Positions 1 to 13,500 of a DNA stretch of 62,737 nucleotides are shown in pieces. The DNA comes from Eledone cirrhosa (lineage: Eukaryota), in NCBI GenBank assembly GCA_964016885.1, contig CAXHJY010001166.1:1-62737 (forward strand), in the 5' to 3' direction. The stretch's first letter is position 1. Each line of letters starts with the position of its first letter. The position numbers and the translations under genes are program-made. A model generated the notes under the pieces. That model was given only the letters and a program-made list of their open reading frames with translations, did no database searches and had not been told where the DNA came from.

Positions 1-338
1 TCATGCAATAATATTTGTGTTTTCATCAGATAAAACAGGAGAACATGATATGAAGGCTAAAAAACACTTGTGGATAGTGCAGTTTTAAATCAACATATCA
101 ACTGCACTATCCACAAGTGTTTTTTAGCCTTCATATCATGTTCTCCTGTTTTATCTGATGAAAACACAAATATTATTGCATGATGATGTTTGTTTTTGAA
201 ATGCGCATAATAAAATACATGGAACTCCTTTAACCATCTTTTGATCTTATATTATGTATACTCCAGTCCTACAAACTGTAGAGTGCTTCTTATCCGATAT
301 CTGCATTGCTTTATTGTACTACAATAAAACTCACCTCC

Positions 339-340
<2 letters not shown>
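1..340 (+). mobile_element. Hammerhead-bearing Penelope-like/retrozyme mini-element, family A, with inverted arm (1-84 vs ~99-183)
   Basis: Bases 1-84 are the reverse complement of ~99-183. The element ends in (TA)n. A second copy lies on the minus strand at ~44077-44326. Confidence 0.7.
147..217 (+). ncRNA. Minimal type I hammerhead ribozyme motif (family A)
   Basis: Stem I ttttat(149-154)/ataaaa(210-215); CTGATGA 155-161; stem II aaacacaaa..tttgttttt; GAAA 198-201; palindromic stem III T-GCGC-A; UH=TA 208-209. Confidence 0.8.
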
Positions 341-375
<35 letters not shown>

Positions 376-378
<3 letters not shown>

Positions 379-597
379 ACGGACTTCTTTCGCATCTTCT
401 TCTCTTTCCGTTGCATTACCATCTCTGTTTGTTTACACGTCTCGCTTACTCCACCCAATTCTACTTGTCCCAATAACTTTTTTTAGTTATTGCTCGCACC
501 AGCCCGAGGTATATGGTCTTTAATGCGAAGAAATACCGATGATGGCTGGAAGATCACTGATGACGGACAGTCCTGTCTTCTTGCTCTAATTTTATTC

Positions 598-598
<1 letters not shown>
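376..598 (+). mobile_element. Penelope-like fragment with an incomplete hammerhead (CTGATGA only), family H
   Basis: Homologous to 632-860 (-) and 34763-34990 (-). Reads gatcaCTGATGAcggac at 552-568 with no downstream GAAA. Confidence 0.5.
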
Positions 599-629
<31 letters not shown>

Positions 630-631
630 AT

Positions 632-1075
632 GAAAACAAACGTGCTGCGTGGTTGCAAATGGGTTACATATGAATAAAGTTAGTCCTTCATCAGTGATCT
701 TCCAAACATCATTGGTATTTCATCGCTTTAAAGAACATATACCTCCGGTTGGTGCGAGCAACGGCTAAAGAAAGTCGTTGGGACACGTAAATAAGGGGAA
801 CGAGCGAGAATGTAAACAAACAAGGATGGTAAAGCAACGAAAAGTGAGGAAGAAAGAGTCAAGTCCCAGATTTCCATGAATATAAATTCGGTGAAATCGT
901 GAACGAGAGAGAATAAAGACCATCAAACCTAGTCGAAATGTGAGCAAGGAAGGAATTCCGCACAGGTCTAACGGGAGGAAGAAGGAGTCAAGTCCTTTAA
1001 TTCGGTGAACATAAGTTCTGTGAAATCGTAGACAAGAGAGAAAAAAGGAACAACCAGCCTGGTCAAGCGTGCGAA
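632..1075 (-). mobile_element. Penelope-like fragment, family H, inverted relative to 376-598
   Basis: tcatcagtgatc at 688-699; shares ggtgcgagca..gggaca with the other copies. Confidence 0.45.
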
Positions 1076-1079
1076 AGAG

Positions 1080-1209
1080 GGGGCAGAGAGAGAGGATAAG
1101 ACAGAGAAAGAAAGAGACACGGCGAGAGAGAAAGGAAGAGAGACATAGAGAGAGAGAAAGGAAGAGAGACATAGTGAGAGAGAGAGAGAGAGAGAAAGAA
1201 ACAGAAAGA

Positions 1210-1249
<40 letters not shown>

Positions 1250-1312
1250 AAGAATGACACAGCGAGAGAGAAATGAAGAGAGACATAGCGAGAGAGAAAG
1301 GAAGAGAGACAT

Positions 1313-1349
<37 letters not shown>

Positions 1350-1425
1350 GAAAGAGGGTGAGAGAGAAAGAATGACACAGCGAGAGAGAGAAAGAAAGAA
1401 TGACACAGCGAGAGAGAGAGAGAGA
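1080..1425. repeat. (AG)n-rich compound microsatellite
   Basis: Direct reading. Confidence 0.95.
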
Positions 1426-1769
1426 TCAAAGGTATAACTTAAAATATAAAATCAGAAGAACTAAGTATCTATCTATTGATAAATCAGCTATTACAATTAA
1501 TATATCTATATTTATATATTTATACATTGTTATTATATATAGCTAATAGAGACACCACATAAAAGTCGTCCGACATTTTGTCTGTAATAAATCTTTGACT
1601 TTGCCATATTGGGGTAATGAACGGAGGAAGAAGCTTCCTCTGTCGGTAACTATCATAAAATTTTGTTCAAGAAGAACATATTTCTTTTCTGGCTATTTGA
1701 TAATATCCTACCAGAGATTTTATCGCTAGGATCAATAATAATGTCTCTCATCAATCTATGACAATCTGT

Positions 1770-2463
1770 CATATATGTGCGCGCGTGTGTGCGTGTGTGC
1801 GTGCGTGTGCGTGTGTGCGTGCGTGTGCGTGCGCGTGCGCGTGTGCGTGTGCGTGTGTGTGTGTGTGTGTGCGCGCGCGTGCGCGTGTGCGCGTGTGTAT
1901 TTATATACATTCACTCTCGTTTTCTGTATATGTTTATATTTATATGTATAAGTGTGTGTCCATGCAAACACACACATATATATAGATATATATGTGTATA
2001 TATATGTATATATATATCTGTGTATATATATATGTGTGTGTGTATATATATATATGTGTGTGTGTATATATATATATGTGTGTGTATGTATGTATATATA
2101 TATATATGTGTGTGTATGTATATATATATATATATATATAAATATATATATACACCCACACACATATATACATACACACACACACACATATATGCATATA
2201 TATACATACAGATAAATATATATATATACAGATAAATATATATATACAGATATATACAGATTATATATATATATATTAATTTAATATTGTAAATATACTG
2301 CAAATACTTGTCGAGTGCTTTTATATCAGTTATAAATATTTACTAGTTGTAACCCAACAATTTAAATATAACTTTCCATATATGTGTATATATTTTATGT
2401 GTGTGTGTGGATGTGTGTGTGTGTATATTTATATATGTATCCATATGTAAATATATATATATA

Positions 2464-2513
<50 letters not shown>

Positions 2514-2916
2514 TATGCAGACATAAATAGATATACGTGTACGTATGTGTGTGTGAACATACGTATACATCTATTTGTCGTCTTTCTTATAATGAATAAC
2601 AGATAATTCTTCGGTTTTATTTTAAAGCGAATGTGACATTTCATCCTACTTTTTTGTCTCTCTTTCTGTTACACACACATTTGTGTGTGTGTGTGTGTGT
2701 GTTTGTGTGTGTGTGATTGTATGTGTGTGTGTGATTGTATCTGTGTGTATGTATATGTGTGTGTGTATGTGTGTATATATATATATGTATATATGTGTCC
2801 GTGTGTGTGTGTGTGTGTGTTTGATTGTTTGTGTGTGTATGTATATGTGTGTGTCTGTGTGTATTTGTATGTAAGGGAATGTGTGTATATATATATATAT
2901 ATGTATATGTGTGTGT

Positions 2917-2947
<31 letters not shown>

Positions 2948-2958
2948 ATCTGTATATA

Positions 2959-2994
<36 letters not shown>

Positions 2995-3142
2995 CTGTAT
3001 ATATCTGTATATATATATTTATCTGTATGTATATATATGCATATATGTGTGTGTGTGTGTATGTATATATGTGTGTGGGTGTATATATATATTTATATAT
3101 ATATATATACATACACACACACATATATATATATATATACAT

Positions 3143-3201
<59 letters not shown>

Positions 3202-3204
3202 TAT
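1770..3204. repeat. Compound (TG)/(CG)/(TA) microsatellite blocks
   Basis: Direct reading. A family-B 3' tail is interspersed at 2276-2378. Confidence 0.9.
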
Positions 3205-3270
3205 AACAAGGGCGGTGCCCCAGCATGGCCTCAGCCGGATGGCTGAAACAGGTAAAAGAGTAAAAGAGTA
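3205..3270 (+). mobile_element. SINE/LINE 3' tail fragment (ccagcatggc..ggctgaaacaggtaaaagagtaaaagag)
   Basis: Short repeated tail; a reverse-complement copy is at ~44040-44075. Confidence 0.5.
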
Positions 3271-3282
3271 TATATATATATA

Positions 3283-3490
3283 GTGAAGGCGTGTGGCTGA
3301 GTGGTTAGAGAATTGGATTCGCAATCGTGAGGTTGTGAGTTCGATTCCTGGACCAGGCGATGCGTTATGTCCTTGAGCAAGACACTTTATTTCACGCTGC
3401 TCCTTCTACCTGGAGTTGCGACCGATAGATAGTATTAGCAATTGGAAAGACCAATGGGAACATTGTTTCCTCGGTCCGATTTGCCGAAAG
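3283..3490 (+). mobile_element. tRNA-derived CORE-like SINE with composite 3' tail
   Basis: A box tggctgagtgg, B box gttcgattcc, CORE-like tgtccttgagcaagacactt, then tail tacctggagttgcgaccgatagatag. Confidence 0.8.
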
Positions 3491-3509
3491 TCAATTCGAT
3501 AGAAAAAAA

Positions 3510-5352
<1,843 letters not shown>

Positions 5353-5890
5353 TGTTCAATACGAACTATTCCTGAAAGACCTGGTGAAAGCATTTTATAG
5401 ATTTTTCTGAATCCTAATGGGAGCAGACATGTCTATCTGACAACAAGTGTCTTCGCATTCTTCATATTTCTATGATTGACATTACGATATTGAAAACCTT
5501 TCTCTTAAATATCTGTTATCAAGTAGAAAACGGAATGTGATATTCTACTTGGGATATCAGCTAAACATATCTGTATATCTGCGAATATATACATTAATGT
5601 TTTCAGAGTCACACACGCACGCCTGCATATCTATATTTGGAAACTCTGGTTCGTAGAAGCGAGACGTAACTGAGAACCTTGCGATTTCAGAGACAGGTTC
5701 GATCATTACATCGATCGTTCCACGAGCTGGTCGCTAGCGAAACGATTGTAATATGTCCAATAAATTTTATTCGTCGCAACACTTATTCTCCATTTCTGAT
5801 GTGATATCTATCTATCTATCTCTATCATATATATATATATATATATATACGATATTAAGTAAATGGAAACTATATTTATAAAACCATATT

Positions 5891-5956
5891 TATTTCATTA
5901 TATATATTTCAGGGATATCATATTAACAATATGCTATGCCTTCCTCAGACAAAATA
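5891..5956 (-). ncRNA. Minimal type I hammerhead motif (family B, left arm)
   Basis: Reverse complement of 6091-6156. Confidence 0.75.
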
Positions 5957-6090
5957 CAATATAAACAGTTTCATAGATAAATAGATTTGACATACCGTAC
6001 AACATCGACTTGTATTTGAAAAGCTTTTCAAATACAAGTCGATGTTGTACGGTATGTCAAATCTATTTATCTATGAAACTGTTTATATTG

Positions 6091-6156
6091 TATTTTGTCT
6101 GAGGAAGGCATAGCATATTGTTAATATGATATCCCTGAAATATATATAATGAAATA
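6091..6156 (+). ncRNA. Minimal type I hammerhead motif (family B)
   Basis: tattttgt-CTGAGGA-agg..catatt/aatatg..cct-GAAA-TATATA-TA-atgaaata. Confidence 0.75.
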
Positions 6157-6285
6157 AATATGGTTTTATAAATATAGTTTCCATTTATTTAATATTGTAA
6201 ATATACTCCAAATACTTGTCGAGTGCTTTTATATCAGTTATAAATATTTACTAGTTGTAACCCAACAATTTAAATATAACTTTCC

Positions 6286-6318
<33 letters not shown>

Positions 6319-6319
<1 letters not shown>

Positions 6320-6506
6320 ATTGTTTCTACTTTTGGCACAAGGCCAGCAATTACCCAGTGCATTACTGGTACTTTATTTTATCGACCCCGTAAGGATGAA
6401 AGGCAAAATTAACCTCGGCGGGATTTGAACTCAGATCGTAAAGGGACGTAACTATGCTGGAAAGCATGGCGTCCGACCCCCTACCGATACTGCCAATCCA
6501 CCGCCC
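6319..6506 (-). mobile_element. tRNA-derived Meta-domain-like SINE
   Basis: Reverse complement of ggcggtggattggcag..gagttcaaatcc..gcctttcatccttacggggtcgataaaataaagtaccag..gtagaaacaatt. Confidence 0.85.
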
Positions 6507-6622
6507 TTATTATATATATATATAATAATAATAATAAATTTGAAGACTAAAATCCAAAGCAGCGATTCTTTGCTTAAACTTTAATCTGTTATTTTAATAA
6601 ATATAAATATAAATATATATAT

Positions 6623-6675
<53 letters not shown>

Positions 6676-6676
<1 letters not shown>

Positions 6677-6870
6677 GCATGGCTTACGGGTGAGAGCATT
6701 GTGCTTGAAATTGGGAGTTTGTGAGTTAGATTATCAGACCGGGTGATGCGTTGTGTCCCCTGAGCAAGGCACTTTATTTCAGGCTGATCCTCTAGTTTGC
6801 TCAACTGTAGAAATGAGTTGCGACGTCACAGGTGCCTTTCCTTGGATAACATCGGGGATGTGGCGAGCGG
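6676..6870 (+). mobile_element. CORE-like SINE (diverged)
   Basis: cgcatggctta..ttgtgtcccctgagcaaggcactttatttc. Confidence 0.65.
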
Positions 6871-8687
6871 GGACACGAATTATATACGCACCAAATATAT
6901 ATATATATATATATATATATACCATTTAGTAGTGTTAAACCGGATAACAGATTAAATATACTACTCAACTACAAGAAAATTCCCCCACAAAATGGTCGTT
7001 CTCGTCTTCACTGTTTCTATCTACACACATTAATAGAGACAAAGCTATGTTAGCAATGGCAGCAGTCTTCATAGTTAATCTTCTAGTTAACAACTAACCA
7101 TATAGCCATGTCTGAAAGAAAGCCATTTCGTAATTTACCAAACCACTATAACAAAAATAACCACACGGTCTTCTTTCTCATTTACACTGTTTCCGTTTAC
7201 CAACTTCACTCACAGGTAGCTGATCGATACGAAGCTAAAATAGGAAACATCGATTCTCGAAACTAACTACTTCTGAACCATTAAACATATAGTTATGTCT
7301 GGATGCATAAGGCATATCTATAATCTACCACACAATTATTAGAGAACCTCATTATATGGATTTCATTTTCTTTCACACAATTTCCGCCTACCATATGTCG
7401 TTCACAGGATTTTGATCGACAGGAAGTTATGTTTAGGAAACGCACAGTTTTCGAAACTAACTTCTTCTTAACAATTAAACAAACAGCTATACCTGGATGC
7501 ATCAACCATATTTGTAATCTACCACATAATAACAAGAGGAGCCCATCATATGATCTTTCTCTTTCACACAATTTCCGCATACCAAATCTCGCTCACAGGA
7601 TTTTGATCTACGAGAGAGCATGGTTGGGAAACGAACTGTTTTCGAAATTAACCTCGTAGCTAAGAACTCACCAAGTAGCTATTCCTGAACGGAAGCCAAA
7701 CGTTATAAGGAAATGCTACTTAGTTTCATTTCTGTCTTTGATGTACCAATAACACAGAAACCGAGACGAGCCAAAATAAATGAATGTATATATATTTAGT
7801 ATATATATATATATATATATTGCTGCGAGATTCTTTTAATCATGGCCAACGTAGAGATTAAACTGTTGACGTTTGATCAATAATTTCACTTGTAGAGAAA
7901 TGTTTCATGAAATCACCCACCACAGGAATAATTGCTAATCAAATCAATTCTATCGTTCAGAGATTGCCAATAGCAGATCTTGCAATTAACAAAGCTGTTA
8001 CGTAAATTTGCCCGTTAAATCTTTTGAGGTGTGTTCCTGACTATTTCCACAGAATTGCCAGTCTAATTATTATTATAATTATAGACGAAGAACAAAAGAA
8101 TCCACTGCTATGGGAAAAACTGACATGTATATTTAATACACACACACACACATATATATATATATACATATATATATATACATATACATATTTACATATA
8201 TATATATACATATACATGTACATATTTATATATACATATATATATACATATATATATATACATATATACATATATATATACATATTTATATATACATATA
8301 TATATACATATATATATACATATTTATATATACATATATATATACATATTTATATATACATATATATATACATATTTATATATACATATATATATACATA
8401 TTTATATATACATATATATATATACATATTTATATATACATATATATATACATATTTATATATACATATATATATTCATATTTATATATACATATATATA
8501 TTCATATTTATATATACATATATATATTCATATTTATATATACATATTTATATATACATATATATACATATACATATTTATAAATATATATATATATATA
8601 TACATATTTATAAATATATATATATATATATACATATTTATAAATATATATATATATATACATATTTATATATACATATATATTCAT

Positions 8688-9585
8688 ACTAGCATTAAAG
8701 CCCGGCGTTGCTCGGGGTCATTAAGTTACCAAAGTTAGGTTGCACCACCCATTTTATGGCAGCACTTTTTTGTCTGCCAGGCACTGGGTGAATGAATTGC
8801 AGACCTGTAAGCAGGAGCTGCGCCAGCAGTGACAATTGTAGTTTCGCCTATGGATATTATCTCTGTGCAAAAAAGTGTTGAAATTTATTGTTTCACAGTA
8901 CTTGCGCAACACGCGCGTAGACGATGCCAGCCGAACAACAGAGCTGCGATGGAGTTGTTCTGCATGGTTGTCTGTGTGTTTTCTAAATTTAAGACAGTAG
9001 GGAGGGTTGTGATATGAGGGAGAGTTAGCTGTTGTTTCTAGCAGGTTTAGTGACCTCATAGCGGATATGTGTTTTCTAAATTTAAGACAGTAGGGAGTGG
9101 TGTGATATGGGGAGAGTTAGCTGCTGTTTCTAGCAGGTTTAGTGACCTCATAGAAGATATGTTTTCTAAATTTAAGACAGTAGGGAGGGGTGTGATATGG
9201 GGGAGAGTTAGCTGCTGTTTCTAGCAGGTTTAGTAACCTCATAGAGGATATGTGTTTTTTTAATTTAAGACAGTAGGGAGTGGTGTGAACGGACAGTATC
9301 ACCATCAAGCTTGGAAAGAGAAAGTAGCAGAAAGTATGAAGTTGTATAGATTTTGAATGGTAGTAGAAAGAGTTCAGCAGTTTAAATGAGAGAGAAACAT
9401 CGTAAAATATTGAGTTTTATCTATTTTTTGCGTAATTGTGGGTGAAATTGAAAAAATTATCTGCGTCAAGACGCAATTGAAACTATTTCGAATGCTGAAT
9501 TGTAAATTTCAATTGAAGAAATTCTCTATCGTAGATTTCTATAACGAAGGAGCATGACCACACACTGAGCTTTATAGATTATGAT
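8688..9585 (+). mobile_element. Non-autonomous Helentron/DINE-like element with internal ~92-bp tandem repeat
   Basis: Starts actagc...cccggcgttgctcggg (subterminal hairpin) and ends gagctttatagattatgat. Repeat units at 8991, 9084, 9174 and 9267. Inserted in a TA-rich tract. Confidence 0.55.
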
Positions 9586-9947
9586 ACATATTTATATATA
9601 CATATATATATACATATTTAATATATATATATATATACATATTTAATATATATATACATATACATATTTAATATATATATACATATACATATTTAATATA
9701 TATATACATATACATATTTAATATATATATACATATACATATTTAATATATATATACATATTTAATATATATATACATATACATATTTAATATATATATA
9801 CATGCATACTTAATGTATATATACATGCATACTTAATGTATATACATATATACATAACGTATATATACATACATACACATATTTTTTTATATATTTGTAT
9901 ACCTATGGCGAGTGTTTTCGCGTATGCTTGTGTATGTACGTATTTGG

Positions 9948-9978
<31 letters not shown>

Positions 9979-10025
9979 CACATACATAATGTATATATAT
10001 ATATATATATATATACATACATACA

Positions 10026-10613
10026 TGGTGGCTGCCAACTCGTTTTCGAGTACGGCCACTACTTTATATCCATGTAGGAGAACCCCTACCGATGCGCTGA
10101 ACGAGTGTGACTTTTTAGTCCAGCCAGCGACTTGAAAACTCTGGTACAAACACTACACTTGTGACAATTATTGACACATAGTGCTGGGCCCATGGTACCA
10201 TGTGACGACAAGTGCAGGGAGATCTCCTGATATAAAGCAATGCCTGTGCCGTGAAGCTTTTATAGTGAGCAAAGGCACTGCACAAAGCCAGTCCCACTCT
10301 CTTAACCAAGATGATATTTACCAAAAAGAAGAACAAGTCAACATCATTGAATACCATCAGGTGTTATAGAGTTTTCCTTCTCCTAGAATTCTGCCTTGAC
10401 AAAGGCTAAGGGGTCATCTCTCCCGGTGATTTTGGATGGCCATTGACTCTTAAGAGCTCCTTTGCCCTTTGACAGGTTTTGTTTTTAGTCCTGCAGGATG
10501 TCCAAAGTCACCCTCCTCACCAAAAAACCTTCGGGTTGCCAGTTTAGTCGCCAACCATGGGACAGGTTTTACTGGGATACATGTTACCAGTAGCACCAAC
10601 TGGTGACCTGACA
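10026..10613 (-). mobile_element. Bipartite non-autonomous RTE-like retroelement (~600 bp)
   Basis: Highly similar to 22814-23423 and 54249-54858. 5'UTR-like part plus C2H2 remnant plus stem-loop tail. Confidence 0.7.
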
Positions 10614-10894
10614 TACATACACACATACATACATACATACATGACAATAAATGTAGGCTATGTAAAACAAAGATCGAGGATGTAAGCCACATTGTTTCCA
10701 ATTGTTAATATTATCTATCGGTCGCAACTCCAGGTAGAAAGTATCTCATATATATAACCCAAACTTTATATGGTTCGTTGATTATTCAACGAATACAATT
10801 TTACAATAGATTAGAAGCACTCGACAGTTTTTATCTGGAGTATCTATAATATTCAATATATTAATAAATGAGAAATATAATCATAACCAAAGTA

Positions 10895-10961
10895 TATATT
10901 TTATTATACATATTTCAAAGGTACAATGGTGTTTCAGTACGTTTTCATCAGATAAAATATA
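10895..10961 (-). ncRNA. Minimal type I hammerhead motif (family C, left arm)
   Basis: Reverse complement of 11065-11131. Confidence 0.75.
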
Positions 10962-11064
10962 AGAGATTGGTTATACGACATACCCCTAAGGTCTTGAACC
11001 TTCAAGTACCACTACAGGGATTGAAGGATCAAGACATTAGGAGTATGTCGTATAACCAATCTCG

Positions 11065-11131
11065 TATATTTTATCTGATGAAAACGTACTGAAACACCAT
11101 TGTACCTTTGAAATATGTATAATAAAATATA
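11065..11131 (+). ncRNA. Minimal type I hammerhead motif (family C)
   Basis: 10-bp stem I tatattttat/ataaaatata; CTGATGA 11075-11081; stem II aaa.gtac/gtac.ttt; GAAA 11110-11113; TATGTA; TA. Confidence 0.8.
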
Positions 11132-11825
11132 TACTGTGATTATGATAATATCTCTCATTTATTAATATTTTGAATATCATATATATACATATATATATGT
11201 GTGTGTGTGTGTATATATGAATTAATTTCTAGCTGGAGTTCCGACCGATAGATAGTATTAGCAATTGCAAAGACCAATATATATATATGAAAAGATAAGA
11301 TTGAGAAGATGGAGGTGGACCTTAGAATAAATTGATTTACAAATTTGTTATAAACAACCTTTAGCTGTCATCTTTGATAAGTTTGATGCTGAGATTAAAT
11401 GCAGATTTAGAAGTAATCTATTTGTTTTTGTGTTAGCATTCTTCAATATTGCCAAATAAAATGGAAAAACCTGATTAGCTAATAATTGCATTTCTATGGA
11501 ATTTGTTATAGAAACAGATTGAAAATTAATATTAAATTTCTTTGGAAATTAAATATATTACAAAAACTAATAAAACAAATGGCTTTAAGCTGTACATTTC
11601 AAATATTAAGAGAATTAGCTTCATTAATCGTATACTTGGCTGCTATTGCTAGCAGGTCCTGTGATCAAATACATGCACATTTGAAAGGTGTTTACAGTAG
11701 GAGAAACATTTTATAAGCTTATGCTGTTTTTATTGTCAGACCTGTCAACTCTACACGTCGGACGAGGAGATCTTCCACTTACTTTGGAGTGGCTGAGAGA
11801 TATCTTCTCTTGTAAAAATGGGTAT

Positions 11826-12082
11826 CTTCTTTTCTTTAAACAGCTTACACCTATGCAGGTTTAGCTGGCCTCCTCCAAAGTATATCTCATTGGGGGTGTC
11901 TTGGGTGATTTAATGATAGGGACTCCAGTCCTATGATCTCATTTCTACAGCTGAGTAAATTGGAGCAACGTGAAATAAAGTGTCTTGCTCAAGGCAACAA
12001 CACATCACCCGGTCCGAAAATTGAACTCATAACCTTTCGATTGCAAGTCCAATACTCTAACCACTAAGCCATGCGCCTTCAC
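11826..12082 (-). mobile_element. CORE-like SINE with 9-bp TSD
   Basis: tRNA head at the 12082 end; TSD aatgggtat at 11817-11825 and 12083-12091. Confidence 0.8.
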
Positions 12083-12423
12083 AATGGGTATAGCTTTCAT
12101 TATGTAAATATCTCCCAATTTTGCCTCATTTCTTCCCATTTCTTCATGGTATTCCCCGTTTGGGTTTTTAGAGGTTGGAAGGTCTGCACTGTGGACGCCA
12201 CGAGACTGAAAGATTAAGATTGCTTCTCAATCATAAGGTCTAGATTTCGAACCCAATCCGTGGCATATTAGGCAAGTGTTTTCATACACTTAACGATACA
12301 ATCGCCCTGTATATCAGGAAACAAAATGTTGCTAATCTTTCCTGTTCTGTGCTTGGTCACCTGTTTCTTCCTAGTAGTTGTGGTTAAGCTGTTTTAAATA
12401 TCCCTGTATGCCCCTGTCTTAAT

Positions 12424-12610
12424 AATTGTTTCTACTTTTGGCACAAGGCCAGCAATTACCCAGTACATTACTGGTACTTTATTTTATCGACCCCGTAAGG
12501 ATGAAAGGCAAAGTTAACCTCAGCGGGATTTGAACTCAGACCGTAAAGGGAGGTAACTATGCTGGAAAGCATGGCGTCCGACCCTCTACCGATACTGCCA
12601 ATTCACCGCC
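12424..12610 (-). mobile_element. Meta-like SINE
   Basis: Family match; degenerate TSD cctgtcttaataat / cctgtccaaataat. Confidence 0.85.
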
Positions 12611-12711
12611 ACCTGTCCAAATAATGCGAGCCAGTCTCTCTATGGTTCCAGCAGACAGCGTTCCGAATATGTTAACCCGTTGGTTATCAATGGAGATGCT
12701 CTGAAGGAGTC

Positions 12712-13060
12712 AGTCCATCTTGCCTGGCTCGTACATAAGGGTGGGCATCTCCGTCTTGACCCGATCGCAGGTAGAAATGAAATGTTTCAAGTACCCATCG
12801 TACCAGATTTTTCCACCACTATAGCTGTCACAAAAAGCCAGTCCACTTCACCGAGCTCGTTCTTGGTGGATGGCCATTTCTGTCCCGACCTGATCGTAGA
12901 AAGACATGAAAAGTTTAAAGGACACATCATACCATATATCTTCACCACTATAGTTTCGACCAAAGGCCAACCCACTTCGCCGAGCTGGTTGTAGCTGGAT
13001 GGCCTTCTCAGTCCCGACCCAATCACAGTAAGAAATGAGGTATTTAGGAGACCCGATACT
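12712..13060. repeat. Degenerate 129-bp tandem repeat (~2.7 units)
   Basis: gacc anchors at 12758, 12887 and 13016, exactly 129 bp apart. Confidence 0.7.
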
Positions 13061-13500
13061 TTGACACCGTGTATGTGTTATACATTAATATACCATTCAC
13101 ATTTATCGTCTGCTCAACCGAAAATGAAAGAATTTCACGATTAAAATTGATATAAAAACTAGAAAACGTATATTCGGAAATAATTTTACAGAATTTTTCG
13201 GTATATATTAAATTAATTCTTTCTAAATGGACGTAAATTAAATGGAGAGATACAGCATATATTAATGGCTTTTGTTTTAGTTTTTTTTTTTACGATAATG
13301 ATTGCTCAACTTTGTTCTAAGTTTTGGCTATATTGATTTTCGTTAACATTGATGATGATGTGGTTGTTGTTGTAGTTACTGTTATTTTCTATGATCACCT
13401 CCTCGTCTGACACCACCTCTTACTCTTTCTTCATCACCTCATCCTCGTTATTATTTTCATTATCATTAATATCATTAATATCATTATTATTATCATTATT

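Larger units (their letters stand above)
5850..6287 (+). mobile_element. Hammerhead mini-element family B: 174-bp zero-spacer palindrome plus 3' tail, in (TA)n
   Basis: Palindrome 5850-6197 centred on aag|ctt (6023/6024); tail to ctttcca, then (TA)n. Confidence 0.8.
10851..11176. mobile_element. Hammerhead mini-element family C: inverted repeat with 15-nt spacer
   Basis: Arms ~10851-11005 and 11021-11176, spacer gtaccactacaggga. Confidence 0.75.

Noticed and set aside
3283-3360. tRNA gene
   Set aside because: It has A and B boxes but no full cloverleaf and runs into a SINE body that is multicopy in the window.
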